This document shows positions 28,938 to 42,400 of a stretch of 64,000 bases of DNA, in pieces. Positions within the stretch are counted from its first letter, which is position 1; each line of letters starts with the position of its first letter. The position numbers were made by a program, and so were the translations under genes. The notes beneath the pieces are model-generated. The model saw only the letters and a list, made by a program, of their open reading frames with translations, searched no databases and had not been told where the DNA came from. Source of the DNA: Chrysomallon squamiferum (Eukaryota; Animalia; Mollusca); the NCBI GenBank assembly GCA_012295275.1, contig CM022670.1, positions 41,354,001 through 41,418,000 on the forward strand, read 5' to 3'.

Positions 28938-29327
28938 TCATTTTTTCATTTTATTCAACATGGCTTTGATTGCCTTCGCTCTCATCTCCAGTTCCAACAG
29001 CTCCATCTGATTCTTAGTGAGCACAGGACTCAGTGAGTCCGACGTTGTCCTCACACCACCATCGTCACCCACATCGGCATCATCATCTGCACAGTCAGCT
29101 GACATGACACCCGACTCCTCATCTTCTCCTGACGAGCATTCACCTTCATCTTCACTGACCTGACCTCTGACCTCATCCTCCATGACTACCTCTCCCTCAG
29201 ACTCGTCTGCTGCCAGGTTGATCTGGACATCAGCTGCAGACACAGGACAGCTTCTGTCTTCATCCTGGGACTCGGCGAAAGAGTCCATCGTTTCAGCAGT
29301 CAAGTTACTGCTTTCTAGAGCAACATT
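28938..29327 (-). CDS. CAAP1: CAAP1-like gene, last coding exon (390 nt including stop)
   Basis: gttttatgtttag|AATGTTGCT..., phase 0, in frame with ORF 28938-29303. Acidic linker followed by NQMELLELEMRAKAIKAMLNKMKK*, matching the conserved CAAP1 C-terminal motif (QLELLELEMRARAIKAL as recalled for vertebrates). Confidence 0.92.
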   Translation of the reverse strand, partial: NVALESSNLTAETMDSFAESQDEDRSCPVSAADVQINLAADESEGEVVMEDEVRGQVSEDEGECSSGEDEESGVMSADCADDDADVGDDGGVRTTSDSLSPVLTKNQMELLELEMRAKAIKAMLNKMKK

Positions 29328-29752
29328 CTAAACATAAAACATCAACTTTCAAACTTTTAACATTCACGCAGTAAGGAATAGTTACAGAAAAGATTTTCAG
29401 ATGTCAGTGTTTTATCACAAAGCACTAGAAATAATGAACTTTGTTCAGTACAGAGAACTGATTCCAGAACTCTTTAAATTACAACTTTTACCACTGAACC
29501 TAAACCTGCTTTTCATCCAGCTTAATTCATATTTTCAAAATAACAGAAACTTTTACAAAGTTTTTGAAAGTGAAACTTTTGTCATGAATATCACAAATCA
29601 AAGTTATGTTTATTTAATAACAGTAAATACACCATTTTTATTTTGTATTTATAAATCACCAAGTATAAAAGTAATAAACACAAAGATTAAATATAGCACA
29701 TCACTAAATTACAGGCAAAATGACAAAGTTTCTCAAAAACTGTTACACAAAC

Positions 29753-29795
29753 CTCAATTTGTTGATCATTTACTCCATGAACTGCCGATTCTTCT
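29753..29795 (-). CDS. CAAP1: CAAP1-like gene, internal coding exon (43 nt)
   Basis: tttatttgatttcag|AGAAGAATCG...ATTGAG|gtttgt. Phase 2-0, encodes (L)EESAVHGVNDQQIE and exactly restores the frame needed for the last exon. Confidence 0.72.
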
Positions 29796-30394
29796 CTGAA
29801 ATCAAATAAATAAAAATAAAAAAACACACAAAAACAGGAAAATTATTATTACATAAAATATTTAAAAAAAAGTAACAAGAATATAAATAAAATAAATTAG
29901 CAAATAAATTAAACAAATCACGATATAAATAAAATAAATTAGAAAATAAATTAAATAAAATAAAAAATAAATAAAAATCAGTACGTCACAATTTTCTATA
30001 AAAATGAAATTCAGACTTATTTATGCATTAATAAATAACAATGAATGCCAAACAAACTAATAAGGGGCAATAATTCATACTGGAGTTCTCATATCTGGGA
30101 GGTACAATTTGCTAATCTGTGTAAATGACTTTAACTTTGATATTAAAACTTGTATGTCTGGAATGTCCAATTTAATTCTCTATCTATAAATAAAAGACAA
30201 ATATTTCAGAGAGAAGTGACGTGAATAAGTTTACAAGATAAATTCTGTCTGACTCCTGTTACACATAAACTAATATTACACCAGACAAAACCTACACACT
30301 GTGTTACATAATACTTTTCAAATTAGTTTTTTATTTTGTAACAAAATGTAATCTTCCATTTGTATATTTATATCTGTTTATATGTGTCTGTATG

Positions 30395-31795
30395 CATGTG
30401 TGTATCTGTGTGTTTTAAAGTATGTATGTTGTGTGTGTGTCTGTGTGTTTTAAAGTATGTATGTTGTGTGTGTGTCTGTGTTTTAAAGTATGTGTGTTGT
30501 GTGTGTGTCTGTGTTTTAAAGTATGTGTGTTCTGTATGTGTCTGTGTGTTTTAAAGTATGTATGTTGTGTGTGTGACTATATGTTTTAAAGTATGTATGT
30601 TGTGTGTCTGTGTGTTTTAAAGTATGTGTGTTGTGTGTGTGTCTGTGTTTTAAAGTATGTATGTTCTGTATGTGTCTGTGTGTTTTAAAGTATGTATGTT
30701 GTGTGTCTGTTTTAAAGTATGTATGTTGTGTGTGTATCTGTGTGTTTTAAAGTATGTATGTTGTGTGTGTATCTGTGTGTTTTAAAGTATGTATGTTGTG
30801 TGTGTGTCTGTGTTTTAAAGTATGTGTGTTGTGTGTGTGTCTGTGTTTTAAAGTATGTGTGTTGTGTGTGTGTCTGTTTTTAAAGTATGTATGTTCTGTA
30901 TGTGTCTGTGTGTTTTTTAAAGTATGTATGTTGTGTGTGTGACTATATGTTTTAAAAGTATGTATGTTGTGTGTCTGTGTGTTTTTGTATGTATGTTGTG
31001 TGTGTGTCTGTGTTTTTTAAAGTGTGTTGTGTGTCTGTGTGTTTTAAAGTATGTGTGTTGTGTGTGTGTCTGTGTTTTTTAAAGTCATGTTATGTTGTGT
31101 GTCTGTGTGTTTTAAAGTATGTATGTTCTGTATGTGTCTGTGTGTTTTAAAGTATGTATGTTGTGTGTGTGACTATATGTTTTAAAGTATGTATGTTGTG
31201 TGTCTGTGTGTTTTAAAGTATGTATGTTGTGTGTGTGTCTGTGTTTTAAAGTATGTATGTTCTGTATGTGTCTGTGTGTTTTAAAAGTATGTATGTTGTG
31301 TGTGTGACTATATGTTTTAAAGTACGTATGTTGTGTGTCTGTGTGTTTTAAAGTATGTATGTTGTGTGTGTGTCTTTGTGTTTTAAAGTATGTATGTTGT
31401 GTGTGTGTCTTGTGTTTTAAAGTATGTATGTTGTGTGTGTGTCTGTGTTTTAAAGTATGTATGCATGTGTGTGTCTGTGTTTTAAAGTATGTGTGTTGTG
31501 TGTGTCTGTGTTTTAAAGTATGTGTGTTGTGTGTGTGTCTGCATTTTAAAGTATGTATGCATGTGTGTGTCTGTGTTTTAAAGTATGTATGCATGTGTGT
31601 GTCTGTGTTTTAAAGTATATATGTTGTGTGTCTGTGTGTTTTAAAGTATGTATGCATGTGTGTGTCTGTGTTTTAAAGTATGTATGCATGCGTGTGTCTC
31701 TGTGTTTTAAAGTATGTATGCATGCATGTTTCTGTGTGTTTTAAAGTATGTGTTGTGTGTGTGTCTGTTGATTTTAAAGTATGTATGTTCTGTCT
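30395..31795. repeat. Intronic minisatellite, ~31-33 bp unit, roughly 40 or more copies
   Basis: Consensus gtgtctgtgtgttttaaagtatgtatgttgt; makes up about 60% of the 2.2 kb CAAP1 intron 29796-32037. Confidence 0.95.
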
Positions 31796-32037
31796 CTATG
31801 TTGTGTGTGTGTGTGTATGTGTTTGGGGCAAACTATATAGTGCATGGTTTAATATACAACTTTAGAAATTACTTTTGTTATTTTCTAAAATTTATTTAAT
31901 TTCAGTTACTATGTTTTTGAAACCTGTATATTTTGAATAGTAAAATATGGATGAGTTCAGTAATTTGTAATTTTGTGATAAACAAACAACACGGATTTAA
32001 ATTAACATAGCATGACAAATAAAGGGAGATAACTCAC

Positions 32038-32119
32038 AAGTCTGAGTGACACTCTCCAGTCTGTGAGGTAGAATCTGCAGCCTGACTCTGAGTTTTCACT
32101 TTGAGTTTTGTCTCTCTAT
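32038..32119 (-). CDS. CAAP1: CAAP1-like gene, internal coding exon (82 nt)
   Basis: ttgtgttttag|ATAGAGAG...GACTT|gtgagt. Phase 1-2, open frame (N)RETKLKVKTQSQAADSTSQTGECHSD(L). Supported by splice sites and phase compatibility with both neighbours, not by recognised homology. Confidence 0.72.
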
Positions 32120-32625
32120 CTAAAACACAATATTACTTACAGTCACTGAATTACTATCACAGCTCAAACAAGCCTTCTGCTGAACAAAGTAATTATAGAA
32201 ATTTTCACATGAAATGATATCACAGTGATCTGGAATTTATAAATACAACAAAATACACTAAATAGAATAATTAATTAATTTACCTACCCACAACATATGA
32301 CATACACAGATTTCACAGTAATAGTGTATTTAGATGTACGACTTAGCTATTGTTATTGTTATTATTGGTGTTATTTATTATATAGCTGTCTGGGAACACA
32401 CACACATGTGTTTGATAATTACTTGAGAGAGAGAATGGGAAAAATGGCCCAGTGGATACACAGAGGACAGGTTCTCAGAACAAATCCACTTTGTGAAGAA
32501 AGATGAAAAATCACAAAGGTTTAGAGAAAGTTAGTAGAGAAACATGTGCAAGCAATCACTGGTACTGAAACATTTCTTACTGTGAAAACATCTTTAACAT
32601 GTCACCTGACTGGGTTTCAGCCAAA

Positions 32626-33290
32626 AACAACACATACACAGACACAGACACACACACACACACAGATACAGACACAGACTCAGACAAACACACACACACA
32701 GACAAATACAAACACACACACACACAGACACACACAAAATAAACCACACACACACATATACACACACACGCACACAAAAACACACACACACACACAGACA
32801 CAGACACACACACACAGATACAGACACAAACTCAGACAAACACACACACACACAGACACACACAAACACACACACACAAAACAACACACACGCACAAACA
32901 CACACTCACAGACATACATACACACAACACAAAAGCACACAGACACACACACACTCACACACACATATATAAACACAGACACACACACACACACATACAT
33001 ATATATACACATACAAATATAGAAACATACACACACACACGCAAGCATATATACATACACATACATGTATGCAGATACACACAGACACACCTACACACCC
33101 ATGGAAACACACACACACAGACACATACATACACATACATGTATGCAGATACACACAGACACACTCACACACCCATGGAAACACAAACACACACACACAC
33201 ACACACACACACAACATACACACACACACACACAAACACACAAAACACAAACACAAACACAAACACACACACACACAACACAAAACAATC
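32626..33290. repeat. Degenerate (CA)n-derived low-complexity tract
   Basis: Interrupted CA repeats with an internal duplication (atacatgtatgcagatacacacagacacac...cccatggaaacac occurs twice). Confidence 0.9.
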
Positions 33291-36200
33291 ACAAATCACT
33301 GCACTTTACGTTTTACTGGTTCTCTCAGCTCTATGTTGTCATGGCAATAAAATAAATTTTTACAAGAGAAGATCAAAGAACTGTTTCAATCTGTCTCCCC
33401 TATAAAAATGATAAAGGTGCATGCTGATAACATGTTGAAATTAACAATAAAAATACAAATAGCATAATAAAAGAAATTAACCCTTCCTTCCCTCCAACGA
33501 GCCATCCCTCCACTTAAAACAACACAAATAAATCAATAACTAAGTAATAAAATACAAACATTAATTCATAAAAACCAGAAACGCTTCCTCTTTGTTGCTT
33601 ACTAATTCTGTATTTTATGCAATCTCGTTACAAATAAAAAAAAATCTCAATCTTCAACATTTTGGTAAGTTTTTAAATCAGCAGTTGTCTGCCCTTAGAC
33701 CATGTTGGAATAAAAAAAATAAAAAAACAAAAAAATTGTTTTGAGATCTATAGAGGTGTTCAAATTTTTCTCTCAAGAAATACCTGCTCTGATAAGATGT
33801 GTCTGGTGAAGAATTTAGTTTTGTTTTTGCAGGTGATTTTATTGTTTCTAAGTTGTGTGTGTAAAGGGCAGAGTGTCAGGTTGCACCTATCTGAAGTGAA
33901 CTAATCAAACTGCAGGCAGGTTTCCAGATCTTCTCATTACTTCTGTCCATTCAACCTTTCTAAACTCTCTAACATACACAGTTTTTAATAACCAGCACAA
34001 TTAAAAACAATATCTTTAACAGTCCTCTGTACATCAGTGATAGCAGCATTTATTAATATTATTATTATTTCATTGTTTTGATTATATTTTTTATTAAGTT
34101 TTTTTTAATACTAGAAATCAAATCAGGTTAAATAATTTTCCAGTCAGCTGTGAGTTTGAGTAACAGAAAATGAGTAACACGAGTGAGTAAAATCACTGGA
34201 TGAGCAAGTGAGTAAATCAACAGGTGAGACAGTGAGCAGACTCACAGTGAGACAGACAATAAATGATAAAGGTGAGTCATGCTAAGTGACAATGTTCAAA
34301 CCTACGCAGTCTGCAGAGACTTTTAAACCTGCACAATTCAATAACTGCGTTTGGCGGTGTTTAATGAATAAACACGTCAACTTGTTTGCTGCTAATAATG
34401 ATAATCTTCAGCCGTGTTTTAAACAAAACTGTCAATATGTGTCTTGTCCCACGAAATGTTTTTAAAAAACTGGGTATCCGACATCAGGTTGACATCGATA
34501 AAGCGGTGGTCTGGGAGGAAGTGCACAAACAACATATAATTAAGTTCTTGTCTAAATTTAGACTCTGTAATTACAGCTTTAAAATCAAAGTTTCGTGCTC
34601 AAACTACTTGGCAGTATGAGAATGGTGCTGTTCACAACTAAAACATAAAGATAATGGCCGGCGATATTGAGTAAGGCTAGACAAAACCATAAAATTTTAT
34701 AAATTCATTACCAGCTGCATTGATTTTCTCATTAAAATGCTGTATGTAATTTATATCGGACGTAAAAATTGATTAATTAATTTAGTGGGGCACATGGTAT
34801 TATTTACAACTGCCCCACAAACATGATACGGCACACACGACGTTATTTCATACGTGCAAACTGAGAGATGACAAAACTGAAACACGTGAAAAGAAATCAC
34901 AGCTTCTGACAACACAGCTTTGAAAAAACAGATCAACTCCTAAGTTACATAATTCATAACACGGACAAACTCAAATCTCTCTCTCTGTCTTATTGTATCC
35001 CTCATGGTGTATGAATATTTAGACACGGACATTTTTGCATCAAACAAAAATAAACCTGACAACCATGTCTTGAATAAAAATGCCAGATGCTTGCATACGA
35101 AGTGGTGTAGTATTTTAATACAAGGTTTATCTTTGTTTGAGTCTGCCACAGAAAATGAGTGAAAGATGTTACCAAGGAAATACATAAATATCATCATACA
35201 GTAATGTATACTGTTATATATAAAAGTTATTTTTGATATTATTGTTATTGTTCTTATTATTGTTATTTATTACTGTTGTTATTATTGTTAGTTATTCCTG
35301 TTTGTTGTTGCTGTTATTGTTATTGTTGATGTTGTTGTTGTTATTGTTATTTATTAAATAAAAGAATACATGAATTCTGACATTTAAAAATTAAAACTAA
35401 AAAAATTCAAAGTTTAAATTTTGTGTTACGTTATCAAATGTCCTTTTTTCAACAACAACAAAAAAAATTATTAGAAAGCTTTTATCAGCATTTACTAAAA
35501 ACACAGCTTTGCTTTATAAGAGTCAAAGGAAAAGAAGAAGAAAAACTGAATAATGAGAAAAAGTAGAAAAAACAGAAAATTAAGAGAAGTAAATAAAAAA
35601 AAATAAACAAATAAAAAAATTTCAAAGTAGATAAATAAGAAATAAATTAAATAAATATTAAGATGGTATTAATCAAGGCCCATAACTCTGATTGAAAGTA
35701 TTCGACAGTGCAGCAATGAACAAACAACACTGTCTGAGTAAACAAAAAATAATTTTAAGAGAAATCTCTCTTGTTTGTACAAAGAGTAGTAAAGTTTCTC
35801 TTAATGTAACAGAAAGAGGTAAACATACATGTTACTAACAGCATTAAGAAATATATTACAATAAAAAACTGAAAGCTTTAATAATAAAAAGTAAAAAAAT
35901 AAATAAAAAAAAGGATAAAAGCTAACATTATATCCATATTGAAATGGAAGGTGGTTTTAAAAAAAAATAGTGAAAGAAAAAATCTTTGATTAAAAGCTAT
36001 TATATTACGATCTATTTTGAAACGGAAAGTTGAAAAAGAAAAAAAAAAAACTTGATTAAAAGCCATCATAACAATGTCTGTATTGAACCAGAGTTTAAAA
36101 AAAAAAAAAGAGAAAAAAAACCACACATAATCTCTGGTTAAAGCCATTATAACTACATCTATTTTGAAATGTAGACTTGAAAAAAGAAGTGATTAAAAGC

Positions 36201-37734
36201 CGTGTATTTAAAAAAAAAAACACGGACACATACATTTTCTCATTAATATCTCTGCTAGTGTCGACATTTGTGTAAAAACATGGCATGCTGCCAGATATTC
36301 AATTTATTACAAAAATGCTATTATAATGGCAGTATTTTCTTCCATTCCGATCATTAACAATTAACACATTTTTGTCGGAGACATAGTGAAAATAGAAAAT
36401 TTAATTTTGGGAAAGATCCAATATACTTATCAATCAGAAAATAACACATTGGATTTGACAGAACAATTCAATCTCGTCCTATTTTATCAGAAGCAATTTC
36501 TCAATTTCACAGACCACTCCAAGTAATTAAGTTTACACAGACCAGAGCAAAATTGGATTTCATTTTCATCAAACTTTTAATGGAAGTGTGATGGACTGTC
36601 TTCAAAGCATTGCATGTTGTTTTAAGAGAAAAATTTTAAAATCTTTAAAACAAACATCAACCAGTGAATGCAGGTCACTTTTCCAAAGGTCACACAGTCA
36701 AGAAGTCATTCAAGGTCAACAGTGGGGAAGGTCATGTAATTATGGAGGTCTAACCCAAATTTAAATTTAATGTATAGTGTGAGGATATGTAATGTAAGTG
36801 TGTTTATATAATTTGAAAAAAAAAAAATTTTGGAGAAAGAGACACTGTATTAGTAATGCTGTTTCTCTACTGCTTTATTTTCCTGGTTCTGAACAAGGAG
36901 ATTAATTAGAAAAAAAAACGTGTGCTATAGAAACCATGACAGCAGAAGAAAAATGACAAAAACGTTTTTAATAGTTCACTACCCTAGAAACACGGACTAC
37001 AAATGTTTTCTCATGACATCTCATAAAAAATAAAACAACAGCAACAACTCCATAACAAAAATAAACAATGAAAATAAAATAAACACTTTTTTTAACTGAT
37101 TTCACACAATTATTTTGTTTATATGTACACAGAGTACAAAAACTTGTCAAACTGTTGTTTTAATGGTTTTTGATTTATATGTACAATCTGCTTTGTTCTT
37201 TTTGCTCAGTAAATCACTTCATAATTATAAACTATTGTTTTAAATACACAAACCAGCTGACACAACACAGACTGAGTATCACAACGGAAGATATTCTTTT
37301 AAATTAGAAAAGCAGCATCTGGACTGTGCTGTACAAAGTAAAAGTTTTCACTGAAGACATTTCAAAATTAGTCATACCTAACTGTAGAAGATACACACTG
37401 TTCTGTGAGAATTTAAAAAAAACAAAGAAAGTAACAAACTATACTACAAGCTATCTGTTTAAAATCAGTAAAAGAAATAATTTTTTTTTTTTTAAAACAC
37501 ACACACACACACTCGCACACATATGCATGCACACAGACACAAACACAAGCTGGTATTTTCTCAATTAGAAATAAATAATTTTTAAACTTTAAAACTAAAT
37601 AGATATACTTAAATAATAATAAAGTACAATAAGAAACTGTAAATTTTATCACTTATTATTTAAAAGTTTCCCAGAAGATGTAATTGTTATATAATGATTA
37701 GACAAAAATTTACAATATATAACAGTGCAAGAAG

Positions 37735-37925
37735 ATAACAAAAAGATGATTACAAGGATGATAACAGGAAGATGATAACATGAGGATGATGACAGAAAGA
37801 TGATAACATGAGGATGATGACAGGATGATGACAGAAAGATGATAACATGAGGAGGATGACAGGATGATGACATGAGGATGATATCAGGAAGATAATAACA
37901 TGAGGATGATAACTGGAAGATAAGA
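37735..37925. repeat. Short degenerate minisatellite (gatgataacatgag / gatgatgacag)
   Basis: Repeated 10-14 bp GAT-rich units. Confidence 0.85.
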
Positions 37926-39061
37926 CAAACTGTGTTCCAGTGAAAACGTCTTTAAAACAATGTCATAAACTGGATGCTGATGATGTGTGGAGCAGACAAA
38001 GGAACACTGAGGAGTGACTGACAGCTACACTCACTTTCAGTGTGCTGAAATGTCACACAATGATTAAAACACTGACACTTCTTTTCTTGCCAAAAGCCAA
38101 ACCCTTTGTCGGCCTGTCGCTGAGAAAACTGACACTTTGAAAAATTATACATTTTTCATTCAAAAACTTCGAGTACTTAGACTTTGGCAGCCATCTCTTA
38201 ATAAGGCAAAAAACGAAAGTTTTGTTAAAAAAAATTAAAAGGATGAAAAAAGAAAGAAGAATGAAAATAGCTGAAGGTTTCTGAAGTTAAAAGTTTTGAA
38301 CTATAAAGATATATTAAAAGATGTTTTAAAATCCTCAGTGGTTGTTTTTTAAGTGAAGTTAGCAACAGATGAATGTAAAAATCTATCTTCTTTGAGTTTC
38401 CTAATGTTTTTCCATAATGGACTCATAACTCTTTTAATAGAAGTCCACACAGCACAACGCATTTTATTACCCATGTATGTGCTAATGGTGACATTGGTCC
38501 TACATACTAGACTGTAACAATAACAATAAACAGGTAAATAAATACACAAATAAATAACAACAAGAAATATAAATAGTAATAACAATAATAGTAACAGTGG
38601 TAGTAATGATAATAATACTAAAAGTAGTAATAACAAATATAATAATAAAAATGAAAACAATAATAAATAAATAAGTAAAAATAAATGTCTTTACTGACTC
38701 TGATAAGGAAAAACCACTAATATCTCTGTTAAACCATTTGAAAAAAATATTTAAAAAAATGATAGCAAGGCCTGATGCTGCTAACCACCAGACTACAGGT
38801 TACTTGTAATGACAGAGTGATGCTAACATAATGAGACTGGAAGATAAATGTTTTCACTGTCGACTTTTAAATGAAATGTCAATAGCTGATTCACACTTAG
38901 TGTCATCTCTTTGTGCCCTACACAAACAGCCTCACCTCAGTGAGAGTCACAGCACTGAGCTGCACACAAATATCATTTAATTAAAATATCAGTTTTAAAA
39001 AACACACTGTATCAAACGAAATCATAGCCCAATTCAGATATTAATTCTCTTTTACAATTGG

Positions 39062-39450
39062 CTGGGTATTCAAATCTGAAATCAAAATAACAGAATAAAA
39101 AAGTCTTTCTTTAATCAAATCTTGTCAAATCTAAATTGAAACATTAATTTCTTTTGAAAATTGGTATTCAAATCTGAAATTAATAGAACAAAATAAAAAA
39201 ATATCCTCCTTTAATCAAATCTTATTGAATATAAATTAAAACATTAATTTGTTTTAAAACTGGGTATTCAAATCTAGAATTAAAAAAAAAGGAAAAAATA
39301 GAAACACTCTTTAATCAAATCTTCTCAAAGCTAAGTTAAAACATTAATTTGTTTTAAAATTGGTTATTCCATGCAAATAAGGAAAACCCACACAAAATAA
39401 TTGTCTTTCATTAATCTAATCTTTTCAAAGCTAAATTAAAATATTAAATA
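39062..39450. repeat. Degenerate ~99 bp tandem repeat, 4 copies
   Basis: tggg/ttgg-tattcaaatct anchors near 39064, 39161, 39261 and 39361, each followed by ttaatcaaatctt...aaattaaaacattaattt. Confidence 0.85.
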
Positions 39451-42400
39451 TTTTAATGGAGGTTAATTCTTATATTAGTTACAAGTTAAATGAATTACTG
39501 TAATATATAAAAACCAATGTATTATTACAAAAACCAATCCTATGCAGTATAATGTGTCTTCTTCTATGACACAGAAAACAATTTCCTTTTCATTTTTTAT
39601 TTTCTGAATATAAATAGTATTAATCTGTATCCTCATAGTGCAGTTTGATAATCCAATAATGAAAGTGAATAACAGAATAACAGTATTTCTAGTTAATACA
39701 AACTGACAGCAGACAATTGTAAAACTCAAATTGGAAAATTAGACAACAACTGTGCTAAATATTTCATCTCATTATTCTGTTGTTAAAAATCTGGCAGTGG
39801 TTCAGTTCTGTTCTTCTTCATTTAAATAAAATTACTGTAGGTGCCAAGGAGATGTTAAAAGTTTATGTTATCTATTCCTATATATGAAAGGTTTTTTTTT
39901 GTTTCTGGTACTTTTCTCTAGTTAATAAAAATTTACAACATGTAATACTGTTATCAGCTGTTATGTGAGATGTAGAATCATGCAAGAGAAGATCTGTTTG
40001 TGACACTTTTGTAAAGATGTTTTCACTGAAAACAAAACTACTTAAAGCATGGTGTAGACTGGCAAGTAATGTAAGAGGCTACTCATGAAGAATTGATTTC
40101 ATACACACCAGGTTTCACTTTTAACAACTGTAACCACTGTTACCATTAATCTTTTATCTACCAATCCATCTTTATCTGTTTCTGTCTGTCTATCCATGCA
40201 TCCACCTCCATCTACATCTATCTATTTATCTGTCTATCTATCAGTGAATCATCTGATCTACCTGTCTATTCATCCATCCATCCATCCATCCATCAATCCA
40301 TCCATGTGCCTGTCTTTGTGACAATAAAACAACAAATCAACCTACTAATATATCTATCCATTCAATTACCATCAAATGTATTGATAAATGCAGGCAACAA
40401 AACAAAAGTAAGATTTTAATTAATGATAATTTTAGTATTAAATAAACAGGTAAACCTAGAAAAAAAAAAAAAAAAAAACTTGGCTTAATTCACACTCGGA
40501 GATGTTAAGAAGGAGATAAAACATTTAAATCAATACAAACATTAAACGGACATAAAAAAGAATAAAATAAAAATGAAAATAAAATAAAAAAAAAAAATAA
40601 AAGAAAGAAAAGAAGAAAATTGGATTTATTTCACACTAAAAAAAAGACATAAACGCTGATTTAACAAGGTGAAGATAAAGAAACAGGATCGTGAGTGTGA
40701 CAATGAGATGAGAAATTCTGTTATGAGGATGAAAATTGATTGAGTAGGTGAGAGAAGCGAAGACAAAACGAAACAGAAAAAACCCTGCAGATATTGTTAA
40801 GTTTTATTTTAGACCATTTTAACTTGGCACGTTTTTTTAATTTTTTGTTGTTTGAGAGTCTAAATGAAATAAAGTGTGATTGTTCGAAGCAGACTCAATT
40901 TAGTCGTAGATGTATTTATTTAGATGTGATTCACATCGTCCCTAAAGCAAATTTACACATTTTACACAAAAGCTTTTGGAGGAAAGCAGCTGTAATTGAT
41001 TCAATCACTGTGTGCTGATAGGTGAAAATCTTAACTCTTTGTCAGCTCAGTCATCCAGCATTTATTTCAAGATGTCTTTTTCATTTTAAAAATTAAAAAT
41101 AAATAATGATAATAAAAAAATGAGAAAATTATGTTTCAAAAAGAATAAATCTCTTTGTTATTAATGAGAAAAAAACAACATCTATTTGCTAGACATCCAG
41201 TTCTTGTTTTAGCACTACCTTTTTTTTTTTAAATTCTTTTTTTTAATTTTTTTTAATATGTTTTAACTGAAATGAAAACATTAATTCCTCATCATCCAGT
41301 ATATCTTTCAACAGTTTTTTCCTGAGGTGAACAAATTAACCCTTTACCTGCTGAAACACTTATCATCAGTACACTCACCCCACTTTTTCTTATCCCAAGA
41401 TGAAAATATTAATCTTTCAAGGCTCTGCCAGAATATAAAAAAAACCTGTTTACACACTGAACATGTTAACTCTTGTACTCGAGAGTTCCAGTTCAAGTAT
41501 CAGTCACAGCAAAGCTTGCTAAGCATCATTTGTTTAATGTTATAATCTGACTTTCTGATACAAGTTTAAGTAGAACATAATAATGATAATAAACAAACAA
41601 GATTAATGACACACGCAAAATGTATACATAAAATTGAAACAGAAATGAAATTAAAACTGATTAAAAGAAATGAATTTTCAGAGGAGACTTGAGATTTATT
41701 TTTGATACAAAATGAGGAATACCAGTTCCATATTACAGCAAGGACAACTGACAAATGGTTTACCAGACGCTCTGCTCTGTGTCGAACAGAAAAACAACAT
41801 TTTCACTGGCAAGTTACTTCTTCTTCACACTCACACACTGCATCATTATGTCAGTCATCTCTCTCTCTATCTATCTGTTTGTCTTGTCTGTCTGTCTGTC
41901 TGTTTCTCAATCTATCTATCTATCCATCTATCTGATATTATCATAATAGTAATATCAGAGAATAAACCTGATTATTTATCTATATATCTATTGATCTAAT
42001 ATTATCAAACTGGCTACTTAATAACAATTTTTTTTTATACAGGCTGGACAGAACATATAAAACTATTAAACAGACAACTGTATGGAACTGATGGAAACAA
42101 CTGATCCCCTGATCAGGCTTGATCCTGCATCGATTCAGGTAAAACATCAGCTTCTTTCTGTCATCAACAGCAGCACCATGAGCTGTTTTAGAGAAAGCAG
42201 TGTGTGTGTGGTCAGTGTGACTGAAAGCAATATCACTTGTTTCATCTGATTAGATTTGTCTCCTAACATGCTGCACTGCCACACACTTCCAACATGGCAC
42301 CCAGCCACTTGTGTGTGACTTGGCACACAGCAGTATTGACTCTGCGACTCCCTTTTTAATCACGTTGAGTGGTCTTCATCTTGGTCTTCTGTTTTGAAAA

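Noticed and set aside
30360-33405. Cluster of Cys/Val-rich and His/Thr-rich ORFs
   Set aside because: Translations of TG/CA microsatellites and the ~32 bp minisatellite, not metallothionein-like or His-rich proteins.
36285-36300. MLPDI-coding stretch resembling the CAAP1 upstream motif
   Set aside because: Wrong strand and position, and only five codons; coincidence.
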